A DNA stretch of 64,000 nt. It comes from Eledone cirrhosa. Lineage: Eukaryota. The first letter of the stretch is position 1. Each line of letters begins with the position of its first letter. The stretch is from assembly GCA_964016885.1 (NCBI GenBank), contig OZ024741.1, positions 351,230,001-351,294,000 of the forward strand, written 5' to 3'. A program made the position numbers and the translations under genes. Positions 37,380 through 49,101 of the stretch are shown here, piece by piece. The notes under the pieces were generated by a model. That model saw only the letters and a program-made list of their open reading frames with translations, did not search any database and had not been told where the DNA came from.

Positions 37380-38149
37380 ATTTTTCTCTCTCCGTCTCTC
37401 TTATTAGTGATATATTTCTCTCTCTCTGTGATATATTTCTCTCTCTCTCTCTCTCTCTGTGATATCTCTCTCTCTCTCTCGTTAGTGATATATTTCTCTC
37501 TCTCAGTGATATATTTCTCTCTCTCGTTAGTGATATTTCTCTCTATCTCAGTGATATATTTCTCTCTCTCTCCCTCGTTAGTAATATTTCTCTCTTTCTC
37601 TCAGTGATATATTTCTCTCTCTCTCTCGTTATTGATATTTCTCTCTTTCTCTCAGTGATATATTTCTCTCTCATTAATGATATAGTCTCTCCCTCTTTCT
37701 TATTAGTGATATTATCTCTCTCTGTCTCCCATTAATGATAAATTTTTCTCTTATTAATGATATAATTCTCTCTCACTTATTAGTGATATATTCCTCTCTC
37801 CCACTGATATATTTACTCCCTCTCTCACTGGTATTAGTGCTATATTCACCTCTCTCTCTTATTATTAATATATATATTTCTCTGTCTTTCTCTCTTTCAT
37901 GTTAGTTATATGTTTTCATATCTCTTCTTATTAGTGATATATATTTCCATCCCTTCCTCATTAGTGAGATATTTCTCTTTCTCTCTCATTAGTGATATAT
38001 TCTTTTCTCTTCCTTTTTCATTGGTGATATATTCTTTCTTTCTCTCTCACTCTTTCTCTCTCATTTGAGATATATTTCTCTCTTTCTTATTAGTGTTATA
38101 TCCCACCCTCTCTCTTATTAGTGATATATTTTCTTTTCTCTCTTATTAG
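37380..38149 (+). repeat. tandem array of the Walker A exon splice-acceptor sequence
   Basis: Roughly 25-30 degenerate (CT)n-TTATTAG-TGATATATTT units ending at the true TTATTAG|AGATATATTT junction. Confidence 0.85.
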
Positions 38150-38229
38150 AGATATATTTACTGGTTTGAGAGGTCCTCCGAAGGGACTGCTATTGTTTGG
38201 TCCTCCAGGAACTGGAAAAACATTAATAG
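38150..38229 (+). CDS. FIGNL1: FIGNL1 coding exon (Walker A)
   Basis: ttag|...|gtcagt, phase 2-1. [26 protein letters not shown]. Confidence 0.96.
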
Positions 38230-38341
38230 GTCAGTGTTATTTTTTCTTTGTTTATTTTTCTTCCACCAAACAACACATTTTATATACATAGAAGCTAAGG
38301 CTTCTAATTAAAAACATGCAGACATATCTATCTTAATTTTA

Positions 38342-39075
38342 CCAGTCTGATCTAATCTGGCCCAATCTGGTTAGAGCAATCTGATCCAGCTTGATTTCCA
38401 TTTGATCTGGTGTGATCCAGTTTGATTCAATTTGATCTGGTTTGATTTGATCCAATCTGGTCTGATCTGATGTGGATTGATCCGATTTGGTTTGATCCTA
38501 TACAGTCTGATCTGATCTGGTTTGATCTGGTCCAATTTGATCCAATCCTGTGTGATCAGATCTGGTTTAATCTTCACTGGTTTGATCTAGTTTGATCCAA
38601 TCTGGTTGGATCCGATTTGATCTGATCTGATCTAGTTCGATCCAATCCGGTTTGATCAGGTTCAATCTGATCTGGATTAGATCAAACCGGATCGGGCTAG
38701 ACTGGATCAAATCAGACCGGATTGAATCAAATTGGGCCAGATCAAACAGAATTGGGTCAAACTGAATTGGATCAGATGGAATCAAACCGGACTGAATCAG
38801 GCTGGATTGGATCAGACTGGATTGTATCAAACTGGATCAGACAGGATCAGTTGGAAATCAGGCTGGATTGGATTGCTTTGGATCAGATTTGATTGCTTCA
38901 GACCAGATTGGGCCAAATTGAATCAGCTTGGACCAGAATAAAATGGTCCAGATTGGATCAAAATGGGTCGGGTCAGATCAAACTGTATTGGGCTGGGTCA
39001 GATTGGACTGGATTAGATAGATTAATATCTGTCCAATCTTATATAATCCAGTCTGATCTGATCCGGCTCAATCAG
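38342..39075. repeat. pentamer (GATCT-like) satellite arranged as an inverted repeat
   Basis: Orientation flips near 38668 (CCGGTTTGATC...GATCAAACCGG) and again near 39030. Confidence 0.8.
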
Positions 39076-39321
39076 ATAGATAAAGAGAGAATGAGGAAGA
39101 GAGTGTGGTTGAGAGAGAGCATGAAATTAACAGTTAAAAATGTATTTCCTTTCTATGATCTAGATTTCATTTGAGGTGTGTGTATATATATATATATATA
39201 GAGAGAGATAGAACACTGGAAGGTAATATCCGTAGTGGTAGAGCACTCAGTCCATGGGACGAGTTTGGTAGAAGTAGTAAGACAACAGTTAGTTCACCAT
39301 ACCGAGAACAATTGTTTCATC

Positions 39322-39793
39322 TTATGCAGATCTTCAGCTCAGACTGCGCAGACGGAGCTGCAGCAGTCCGAGCCGCGGTAGTCCGAGCCGCGGTAGTCCG
39401 AGCCGCGGCAGTCCGAGCCGCGGCAGTCTGAGCCGCGGCAGTCCGAGCTGCGGCAGTCTGAGCCGCGGCAGTCCGAGCCGCGGCAGTCTGAGCCGCGGCA
39501 GTCCGAGCCGCGGCAGTCTGAGCCGCGGCAGTTTGAGCTGCGGCAGTCCGAGCCGCGGCAGTCCGAGCTGCGGCAGTCCGAGCCGCGGCAGTCCGAGCTG
39601 CGGCAGTCCGAGCCGCGGCAGTCCGAGCTGCGGCAGTCTGAGCCGCGGCAGTCCGAGCCGCGGCAGTCTGAGCCGCGGCAGTCCGAGCCGCGGCAGTCCG
39701 AGCTGCGGCAGTCCGAGCCGCGGCAGTCCGAGCTGCGGCAGTCCGAGCCGCGGCAGTCCGAGCCGCGGCAGTCCGAGCTGAAGATCCGCATAA
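39322..39793. repeat. GC-rich 15-bp minisatellite (~29 units) inside 26-bp terminal inverted repeats
   Basis: (GCAGTCYGAGCYGCG)n. The inverted repeats at 39322-39347 and 39768-39793 match at 24/26 positions. Confidence 0.9.
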
Positions 39794-39836
39794 TAGAATA
39801 TATATATATGTATAACAAATAGTTTTATCACTCTCG

Positions 39837-39874
<38 letters not shown>

Positions 39875-40662
39875 ATATATATATATATCTATATATATAT
39901 AATATATACAAATGTATCTCAAATATGTGTGTATATCATCATCATCATCATCATCAGTGTGTATATATATATATATATATATATATGAATGCATACACAC
40001 ATATTAAATAAGGTACTCAATACATTGCAGATGTAAAAGTCCTTTATTGATAATTATCAATACAGGACTTTAATATCTGCAACTACTTTGCATTTTCTTA
40101 TTCTATATATATATATATATGTGGGGTGGGGACCCCCCATTCGTCATGAGTGACTATAGGATTTGCACCTAGAAAGTTGCCCTCTGAGGTACAAGTCTGG
40201 ACAGGGTTGTTTGTGGAAGGCTAGCAGTTGCCCATGCATGTCAGTCCCCTCTCTCCACATCACCAATGTTGTTGAGGAGAGGAGAAGTGGCCAATACAGC
40301 TTAGTGCCATTGATGTAGCAACCCTTTTCTACAGCTGATTGAGCTGGAGCAGCGTGAAATGGAGTGTCTTCATCATCATCATCATCATTGTTTTACGTCC
40401 GTTCTTCCACGCTACCATGGGTTAGATGGGTTGTCCTGTTGTGGGCAATGCCAGCTCAGGTGACCATGTCTTGCTCATATGGAACTGATTTTGGCTTGAT
40501 TTCTACTGCTGGTTGCCCTTCTTAACACCAACCTCATTTACAGTGAGTACTGGATACTTTTTTACTGTGGCGCCTACACGACCACTTTACAGTATGGACT
40601 GGCTGCTTTTTGTCGTGACTCCTACACAACCACATTACAGTGGGAGGGAGGTGGGGGGCATA

Positions 40663-40709
<47 letters not shown>

Positions 40710-41295
40710 AAGGTGCATGGCTTAGTGGTTAGTGTGTTGAACTTGCAATTGAGAGGTTGTGTCTTTGAGTGTTGCTCTGGTTCGCTTGGCTGTGGAAGTA
40801 GGTTATGGTGTCACTGGTGCCAGGCTTTCTTGGTCATTGCCTCATTGGTGGCTTGGGGAGGGGGCACTGGTGTGCATGGGCGACTGCAGGTCTTCCATAA
40901 ACAAAACTTGTCTGGGCTTGGTGCAAACCCATGGTCATTAGTGACTGGTGGAGGCCTCTAGATATGTATATATATATATATACAGACATATTTATAAAGT
41001 ATATTTGATGATCCTGAAATATACTTTATTTTTGTAAGGATAAAATGAAAATTGTTTAATTTCTGCACATTTTAAAACTATCTATAGTTGTATATATTTG
41101 TGAGTGTGTGTATATGTATTTTGCATGTGTGAGGGTGAACAGATATAGGTATGTGTATGTATATATATTTATATATATATATCTAACCCATGCTAGCGTG
41201 GAAGATGGACGTTAAATGAAGATGATGATATATGTAAATGTGTTTTTATGTATGTGTCTTATATATATTTATTTGTTGTAAAACTATATTTTCAG

Positions 41296-41366
41296 GTAAA
41301 TGTATTGCCAGTCAATCTAAATCAACTTTTTTCAGTATAAGTGCATCTTCTCTGACATCTAAATGG
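41296..41366 (+). CDS. FIGNL1: FIGNL1 coding exon
   Basis: ttcag|...|gtgagt, phase 1-0. [24 protein letters not shown] (pore loop 1). Confidence 0.96.
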
Positions 41367-41999
41367 GTGAGTTTTATTGTCTCTTTTCTTTGGTGTATTG
41401 GTTGGTCTTATCTATTTCATTATTTGGCTGGTTATTGATATCTGGTTGGTGTGTTGGTTAGGAAAGTGTCTTCCACTATAGCCTCAGGTTAACCAATGCT
41501 GTGTGAGTGGATGAAAACTGCATAGAATCCTGTCATATATGTTTGTATGTGTGCCCATGTTCATGTAATCCGGAACATTTTTCTCTGAAAGTTCCTTATA
41601 CTCTGAAGAAGGGAATTTTAAGTTTGAAATATTAGGACGAAAGAAACAACAGCAACAAAAAACAAAACAAAACAAAGATTACCAGGTAACTAACTTTTGT
41701 GTTACCTTCATCTTACCATCTATTTTGCATTGTTTATCCTTATATCACTTTCCACATTATATATTATATACAATGCTTCAAGCAAACTACAACATTTTTT
41801 TTTATGTTCTGTAACTTAGCAGTTCAACAAAAAGAGATTGATAGAATAAGTATCATATCTGAAAAAGTACCAGGGTTGATATGATTGACTAAATCCCTTC
41901 AAGGCAGTGCTCCTGCATGGCCACAGTCTAATGACTGAAACAAGTAAAAGAATAAAAGACAATTATATGTGTGCATTTAGAACATATTTTGTTTAATAA

Positions 42000-42254
<255 letters not shown>

Positions 42255-43490
42255 TAGTTTTGAAATACCTATATTTATCTAAAAACCTTCCATTATAATT
42301 TTATCTAAGTATCTTTGTTTAATTATATTCCAAACAGAAGAGAAATAATGAGAGAGTTAGTTATATCACTAAATCCTTCCACATTCTTGATAGGCAGTGT
42401 CTTTCATTAGAAATATGGTAATGAAACAGTTAACCTTTTTCTTGCCACATTTCTAATAAACAATACTACCTATGATTTTCAAGTAATTTTGAAAATAATC
42501 AAGAATTTGTAAAGATTTAGTAATAACTAGAGGGATTTACTAAGTTTCTCATTAAATTAGTGTTTAGAACAACTTTCGTTAAGTACTGACTTGGTCAGTA
42601 ACAACTCCAACCTCTGCAAGCAGTGAGAACTGATGTTAAATGGGGAGGAGGATGATGACGATGGAAATAGCTTATATTTTTCTGATTTAATTAATTATGT
42701 ATCATCATTATCATTATTGTTTAGCGTTTGTTTTCATTGGATTAATCATCAAAGGAATACAACAACAACAGCAACCACTTTAAGGCCATTTTCTCTGCTT
42801 AAGCAGGCTTAAGAATGCCAGGCCTCAAGACAAGTTTCTCCATTTTGTCCTATTGTCTTCACCCCTCACCAACCCTTTAACTTTGATTTTCTCCTCCATC
42901 ATACTCAGCTAACTTTTTTGGTATTTCTCTTCCTCTGGTGGCAGATTAAGGGACTGACTTGGCTGTATGTAGTTAGGTGTCCACAACATTTAATATGACT
43001 CAAATTAATTTTTTTATGCTTCCATAAATAATATATTATGCCTTAATCTGCTCCAGGAGGCATGTGGCCTAGTGGATTTACGATCATAATGTCATGGGTT
43101 CGATTCTTGGGCTGGGTTGCGTATTGTGTTCTTGAGCAAAACACTTCATTTCACATTGCTCCAGTATACTCAGCTGAAGATGAGTGCCAGCAATAGCTGG
43201 GGGTTTAACCCTGTGATAGACTGGTATCTTGTACAGGGGGAAGTTTTGCATTCTCAGTCGCTTTACACAGTGAAACCAGGATAAGCACCAGCCTAACGAG
43301 ACTTCTGGTTTAAGACAGACTTTTTTTAGACTTAATCTGCTCTAGCCTTCCTCTACTTCCTTCCACATTCATTTCTATAATTCCTCTCTAATGAGTATAA
43401 TTAATAAATTAATGTGTTTCTATAACATTTCATATAATAATAGATTCTTTTCTCAACATTTCATATAATAATAGATTCTTTTCTCAACAG

Positions 43491-43546
43491 GATGGAGCAA
43501 CTACAGACTCTGATGAACGATTATTAGTGATTGGAGCTACAAATCG
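43491..43546 (+). CDS. FIGNL1: FIGNL1 coding exon
   Basis: aacag|...|gtaaaa, phase 0-2. DGATTDSDERLLVIGATNR. Confidence 0.95.
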
Positions 43547-44504
43547 GTAAAATGCCTCTGGCTTTCCCATTTTCATTACATTGCATTTTCTCCCACTGCA
43601 TTATTCCTTCAGAATATGCATTGTTACTTCAGATATTGCATTGTGTCTACAGATGCTGTATTAGATTTCCAGATGTTGAAATGTTCCCATGAATGTAATG
43701 TGTGCTCATATTTTGTGTTGTGTTTACAAATGTTGCAATGTTCCCCCCAGACATTGTGTTGCTCTCCATATGTTGCCCTATACTGCAGATGTTGCAATAT
43801 GTATGAGAGAGTAAGAAAGAGGAAGGGAGGGAGAGAGAGAGAGAGAGATATGTAAAGATTCACACATGTGTAAATACATACACATAGATGTTACTTCACA
43901 AGCAACTGATTACAGCAAGCACACATAGTTATGTAAACACCTCACACATGGTTACTTGACCTGCTTGACACACAGTAGCTAAATTCCTCTCTTTGCCATC
44001 TGGCTGATCTCATGCCACTGCCATTCAGGCACTCAATTCATTTGCCTCTCTTTTCATTACCTATATTGTGCCCAATCCCTCCAGGCACTGCACTAACCAC
44101 TACACCTTAATATCAACCCTCTGGAATTTCTTTCCTTGCACATGGTGAGTGACATTTGTTGTCATTGGTAGGTACATGTTGAAGAAGAACTTGTAAGGTC
44201 AGATCTCTGCATGTTTGGCTTCTCAGATGAGATGACAAAGCCACATACATTTAGGGAAGGCTATATTCATTTAGATCAACCCACTACTCGATTGAACTTA
44301 TTTTATGGGCCTTTGATGAATGAAAGATAAAGTCATCTGTGGCAGGAATTGAACTCAGAATATAAAGGAAACAGCTAAATACTACTCTTCTGATTCTGCC
44401 ACACACCATCCCACTTTTTGCTAAAAAAATCAATTATCGTCTTGAAAGGATATAGTTCTTTCTCTATGGATTTTAAAAAACTAAAACATATCTTCATTCT
44501 ATAG

Positions 44505-44668
44505 ACCTCAGGAAATTGACGAAGCTGCTCGAAGACGTTTTGTCAGGCGTCTTTATATTCCACTGCCAGAAAAAGAAGCAAGGAAGACAATTGTTGAAAA
44601 CTTGTTGAGAGAACAATGTCACAATTTAAGATCCGAAGAACTTGATCAAATCTGTGACAAGAGTAAAG
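44505..44668 (+). CDS. FIGNL1: FIGNL1 coding exon (SRH, arginine finger)
   Basis: atag|...|gtaatt, phase 2-1. [22 protein letters not shown]. Confidence 0.96.
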
Positions 44669-45092
44669 GTAATTTTCTACTGTCTATAAACATTACCATC
44701 ACCACCATCATCCATCTATCCATCCATTCATCTATCTGTTTCTTCTGTTTTATTGTCTATTGATCTGTCTGGCTGTCTGCTTGTAAATGCATGTGACCTT
44801 GTGGTTAAAGTCTTGAGCTTACAATCAATTCATTTAATAAAAAGAATCCATCCATCTATCTCTCTAACTATGTGTGTTTATCTATCCATCCAACCATCTA
44901 TCTATCCATTCATTTGTCTACGTATGCATGTGTTTATCCACTCATCCATCCATTTATCTATGTATGTGTTTATATATCCATCCATCGATCTGTCTATCTA
45001 TGTATGTATTTATCTATCTATACATCCATTTATATATGTATGTATGTGTTTATCCATCCATTTCATTTATTTGTATGATTATTTTTACTAAG

Positions 45093-45193
45093 GCTATTCT
45101 GGAGCAGATATGACTAACCTTTGCCGAGAAGCTGCTTTAGGGCCCATCAGGTCCCTCTCATTTTGTGATATTGAAAACATCTCTGCAGATCAG
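45093..45193 (+). CDS. FIGNL1: FIGNL1 coding exon
   Basis: taag|...|gtaatg, phase 1-0. [21 protein letters not shown]. Confidence 0.95.
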
Positions 45194-46089
45194 GTAATGA
45201 AAGATAGTTGTATGTTAATCTTTTACTGGTTTCATTTATTAGACTGTGACCGTGCTGAGGCACTTCCTTAAAGAGATTTAGATGACCATATCGACCCCAG
45301 TACATATTTTTTTCAAGTATGGCACTTATTTTATTGATTTTTTTTTTTTGTTTAACTGCTGTCTTTAGGACACAAATATAAATATAAACACAAAGGGCTT
45401 CTGCAGTTTCTGTCTATCAAATTTCACTCATAAGGCATTGACCAAACCAAGTCTATAGTAACAGACATGTCAAGGTTTCACACAGTAGGAATGGACTTGA
45501 AACCATGTTATTGCAAAGTAAGCTTCTAAACTAGACAGGGTTCTTCTTCTACGAGGTGTTACGTCCGAAACAAAATGGTTTTTACCAAGGTCACTCCACC
45601 ACATCCTTGCTCTTTGCTATATAGTATAAGAACTCAAATCCATGACATAGAAGCTGTATTAGTAGTTATCGATTTCCAAAAAGTTTGGAAACAACTACTC
45701 CAGGTTCTGAGTTAGTCTTTACTCTCAATGAATATTATACTGCGAGATTCTTTCCTGGAAAGTTTCTCGACGAGGTTCCAAGCATTTTTTATGATAGATG
45801 CAAAATATGTCATTGGTGCGTTTGTATTCATATCAGTCAAATGTTTTGCGCAGGTTATTTTGAGCCATTTGGATATTCTGTGTCAATGTTCAGAGAGTTG
45901 ACTTGTGCTCAGAAACAATAGGGTCAGTGTTGACAGTTTTTAAAGGTGGGTGCAGCTTTGGAGGCAGCAGTTCTGCATCAGTTGTTGTTGCAATATCAAC
46001 AAATGATGAATAGTCTTGGTCAGCTGTAGGTAAATTGTTGAAATTCCGATTAGGGAAACTGAATTTGGAATCAAAAAGCCCGAGAATAA

Positions 46090-46925
46090 ACTTGACCAAA
46101 CTAAAGTGCTAGTGAGTAGGAGAGAAGACAGGACCCAGATTCTCTCAGAGAAGTGGCCATGCTGAATATGCAGAAGAGGAGTAGGCATAAACTCTATACA
46201 ATGTACACAATGTAAATCTTGGGTACACAAAAGATGTAGTGGGATAATGAGTAGACTAACAGGAAGGGAGAACTTTGCTTGTAAAAGATGCACAGGAGAA
46301 ATCGAGAGGAAGACTGCTAACGATATAAACCTTTTCCAGTCACAGGAAGGATCCATAGACGTAGTTGATAGCTTCTGCTATTTAGGTGACCTAATTAACA
46401 GCGGAGGAGGTTGCTCTGAGAGCATAATAGCAAAATAAGGATAGGATGGAAGAAGTTTAGAGAACTACTCCCATTGTTGACTACAAAAAGTTTCTCCCTA
46501 TGTACAAAAGGATGACTGTATGACGACTGTATGCGAAGTGCGATGCTGCATGGTAGTGAAACATAGGCAGTGACTGCAGAGGACATGTGTAGACTGGAAT
46601 GGTATGAAGCAATGGGAATGTGAAAGAAAGGCATAGCTTGGACGAACTGAGGGAGAAACAGGGTTTAAGAGAGAAGTTTTGTTGGAGTGGTCATGTAATG
46701 TGTATGGATGACAGTTGCTGGATGATGAGGTGTCAGGTGATTCCAGTGGAGGGAAGCTGCAGTAGAGGTAGACCTGGCCAGATGTGGTGAGAACGGATCT
46801 CAAATCGCTGAGACTCACAGAGGAGATGACGGAGGAATGTGGTAAGTGGAGAGATGTTGAGCTGAAAGGACCCATCAAACCCTGCAAGTGTGGAAAAATG
46901 GAAGTAAAAACGTTGATGGTGATAA
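46090..46925 (+). mobile_element. decayed RTE LINE fragment (subfamily C)
   Basis: KTKVLVS...KWPC, SFCYLGD, WKKFRELL with stops, then tail. Confidence 0.8.
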
Positions 46926-47133
46926 GCTGATACGAATATAAGCCAACCCCACTATCTTGTCTGAGAAATGAGCAAAAGTCCAAACCTTATTTACGTAGAA
47001 TTTGAAGTTAGTGAAAATCGTCAAAATATTGACCCCAAATATAAGGCAACCCCACTTCCATAATCAATTTTGGGGCCACATATTCCTTTGCAAGTCAATG
47101 ACCTTATTTTTCCTGTCCTTTTTTTTTGTCTAG

Positions 47134-47262
47134 GTTCGGCCTATTCAATTCTCAGATTTTGAAGATGCTTTAATACATGTAAAAGCCAGTGTCTCTCCTA
47201 AAGACTTAGAAGGATATATCATTTGGAACAGTATGTTTGGCAGTGGTGGCAGATCTAAATAA
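47134..47262 (+). CDS. FIGNL1: FIGNL1 last coding exon (Vps4_C-like region)
   Basis: ctag|VRPIQFSDFEDALIHVKASVSPKDLEGYIIWNSMFGSGGRSK*, TAA at 47260-47262. The in-window exons total 2044 nt in one frame (about 680 aa). Confidence 0.95.
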   Translation, partial: VRPIQFSDFEDALIHVKASVSPKDLEGYIIWNSMFGSGGRSK

Positions 47263-47326
47263 AAGTATTTTAAATTCTTAAATAACTCTGAAATGTTATT
47301 CCAATGTTTTTAATTCGTGTAAGCCC

Positions 47327-47332
47327 AATAAA
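47327..47332 (+). terminator. candidate polyadenylation signal of FIGNL1
   Basis: AATAAA 65 nt after the stop codon, followed by more AATAAA copies. Confidence 0.5.
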
Positions 47333-47908
47333 TACAAATAATAAATAAATAATTAGATAAAAACCCAATAATGGTTATATTTTGTGTTTAAAAAAATATT
47401 GTCTTTATTATGAAAAATTCCAGCAATATGTCTCATGCTTTTATTGAAAGATGTTATTGTTATTATTGCTGTGAATATTGTTGTTATTGCTGTGAATGGT
47501 GTTGATGCCACTATCTGCCTCCTCATCTCTTCTACCATCATTATCACCCCACATCGTGGATTAGCAGTATCGGTAGAGGGTTGGACACCATGCTTTGCAG
47601 CATAGAGTTACAGCCCTTTACGATCTGAGTTCAAATCCTGCCAAGGTTAGCTTTGCCTTTCATCCTTACAGGGTCGATAAAATAAAGTGCAGTTGTACCT
47701 TAGATGAGATCATCTTATGGGTGTCAGTGTGTGACCATACCATCTCTATCATAACCAGAGCTAAACACAGCAATTTATGTATAAAAGATTAACAAAAAAC
47801 TAAAACAAGTTATATAATTTTTTTTTGTTTTATATTTTTTCAAAGAGACATTTTTTTGTTTTGTTATTACTCGTTATTTACAAATTCTTGGTGATTGTTA
47901 GATAATGT

Positions 47909-48177
47909 TTATTTTATCCATGGTCCCCAAACACCATTATTTACAAGTGGATCTGCTCTAAGGTCCAGAAAGTGATCTTGACAGGGAATAGCTGTCTCAT
48001 TATAAAATGCAAGTCTGTCTAGAATCATTCTCAGCTTTTGAGGGTAGGCATCCGATAAATCTTTCCTTTCCAGTGGATCTTTGGCAATGTTGAACATCCA
48101 TACATTTTTCATAGGAGGATCTCTGTCTGGCATGGCTAAATCTTTCATGTAGTGGGGTGCCAACCAGTGGCCTCGAC
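47909..48177 (-). CDS. ARSB: arylsulfatase B-like last coding exon
   Basis: ttcag|GRGHWLAP...VWMFNIAKDPLERKDLS...GVWGPWIK*. The GxWGPW terminus is typical of ARSB. Confidence 0.92.
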
Positions 48178-48399
48178 CTGAAACAATAAACAAACATTTT
48201 ATTTTTTATTGCTGATGGTAACATCTTCAGGGGCTTTTAGTCAATTAGTTTTAGACTATGATTAGATTGATAAATAGTTTTATTGAATCTTATTTATAAA
48301 ATAGATTGTTTTATAAGAGTTATATCTCTTTACAGAGTTATTTCCCCTGAAGAGAGAGAAAGAGCAAAACAAGCTGATCATAGAATAGCAAAAGAAAAA

Positions 48400-48940
48400 A
48401 AAAGCAACGTTGATGCCACATTAAAATGCATCGAGTACATTTTGTAAAATGGTAATGTTGGTGCCATGATAATATACACACAGCACCCTCTTTAAAGTGG
48501 TAGCGTTGGTGTCATAATATGCACTCTATGAAGTGGTGGTGTTGGTGCTACAATAAAATGCACCCAGTACACAGTAAAGTGGTAATGTTGACAATAACAT
48601 GCACTCAGTAAAGTTTAGTGTTGGTGCCACAATAATATACATCCAGTATACTTTGTAAAGTAGTCGTGTTGGTGCCACAAAAAAATACATCTAGTACACT
48701 CTGTAAAGTAGTAGTGTTGGTGCCACAATAAAATGCACTCAGTACACTGTAAAGTGGTGGTGTTGGTGCCACAATAAAATGCACTCAGTACATTCTGCAA
48801 AGTGGTTGGTATTAGGAATGGCATCCAGCCATAGAAATCACAATAAAATATGGAATGTATTAGTAAGATGTGGTTTCTCTGACCTATCTAGTCCCATCCA
48901 ACCCATGCTAGTTGGGAAACCAAACATAGAATGATGATGT
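48400..48940 (+). repeat. ~40-45 bp minisatellite leading into an RTE-type tail
   Basis: About 9 units of GTGTTGGTGCCACAATAAAATGCACTCAGTACACTGTAAAGTG, then GGCATCCAGCC...CCCATGCTAG. Confidence 0.75.
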
Positions 48941-48949
48941 TGAGTTTAC

Positions 48950-49101
48950 CTTGTTTGCCTGTCATCACTTTCCAAACACCAAATCGAATTGATGCTTTGA
49001 TCCTTGTATCAAATTTCGTACCTGGCAATTTGACCCCATGAGGATAGTGACATGGGTCTATGTTGAAGAGAATCTCTTTACGTTGTGTTTGGGTACCATA
49101 A
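48950..49101 (-). CDS. ARSB: arylsulfatase B-like coding exon
   Basis: cacag|...|gtaaac, phase 2-1. RKEILFNIDP...KASIRFGVWKVMTG. Confidence 0.9.

Noticed and set aside
38371-39174. Pentapeptide-like ORFs (IKPDQ, IQSSL)
   Set aside because: Products of the 5-bp satellite; no coding evidence.
39317-40000. RTAAA, LGLPR and SDCRG repeat ORFs resembling antifreeze or pentapeptide proteins
   Set aside because: They come from the 15-bp intronic minisatellite, are open in several frames, and have no convincing exon context.
41291-41301. CAG|GTAAAT as a recursive splice site
   Set aside because: Fully explained by the conserved G-K-C codons at the start of the exon.
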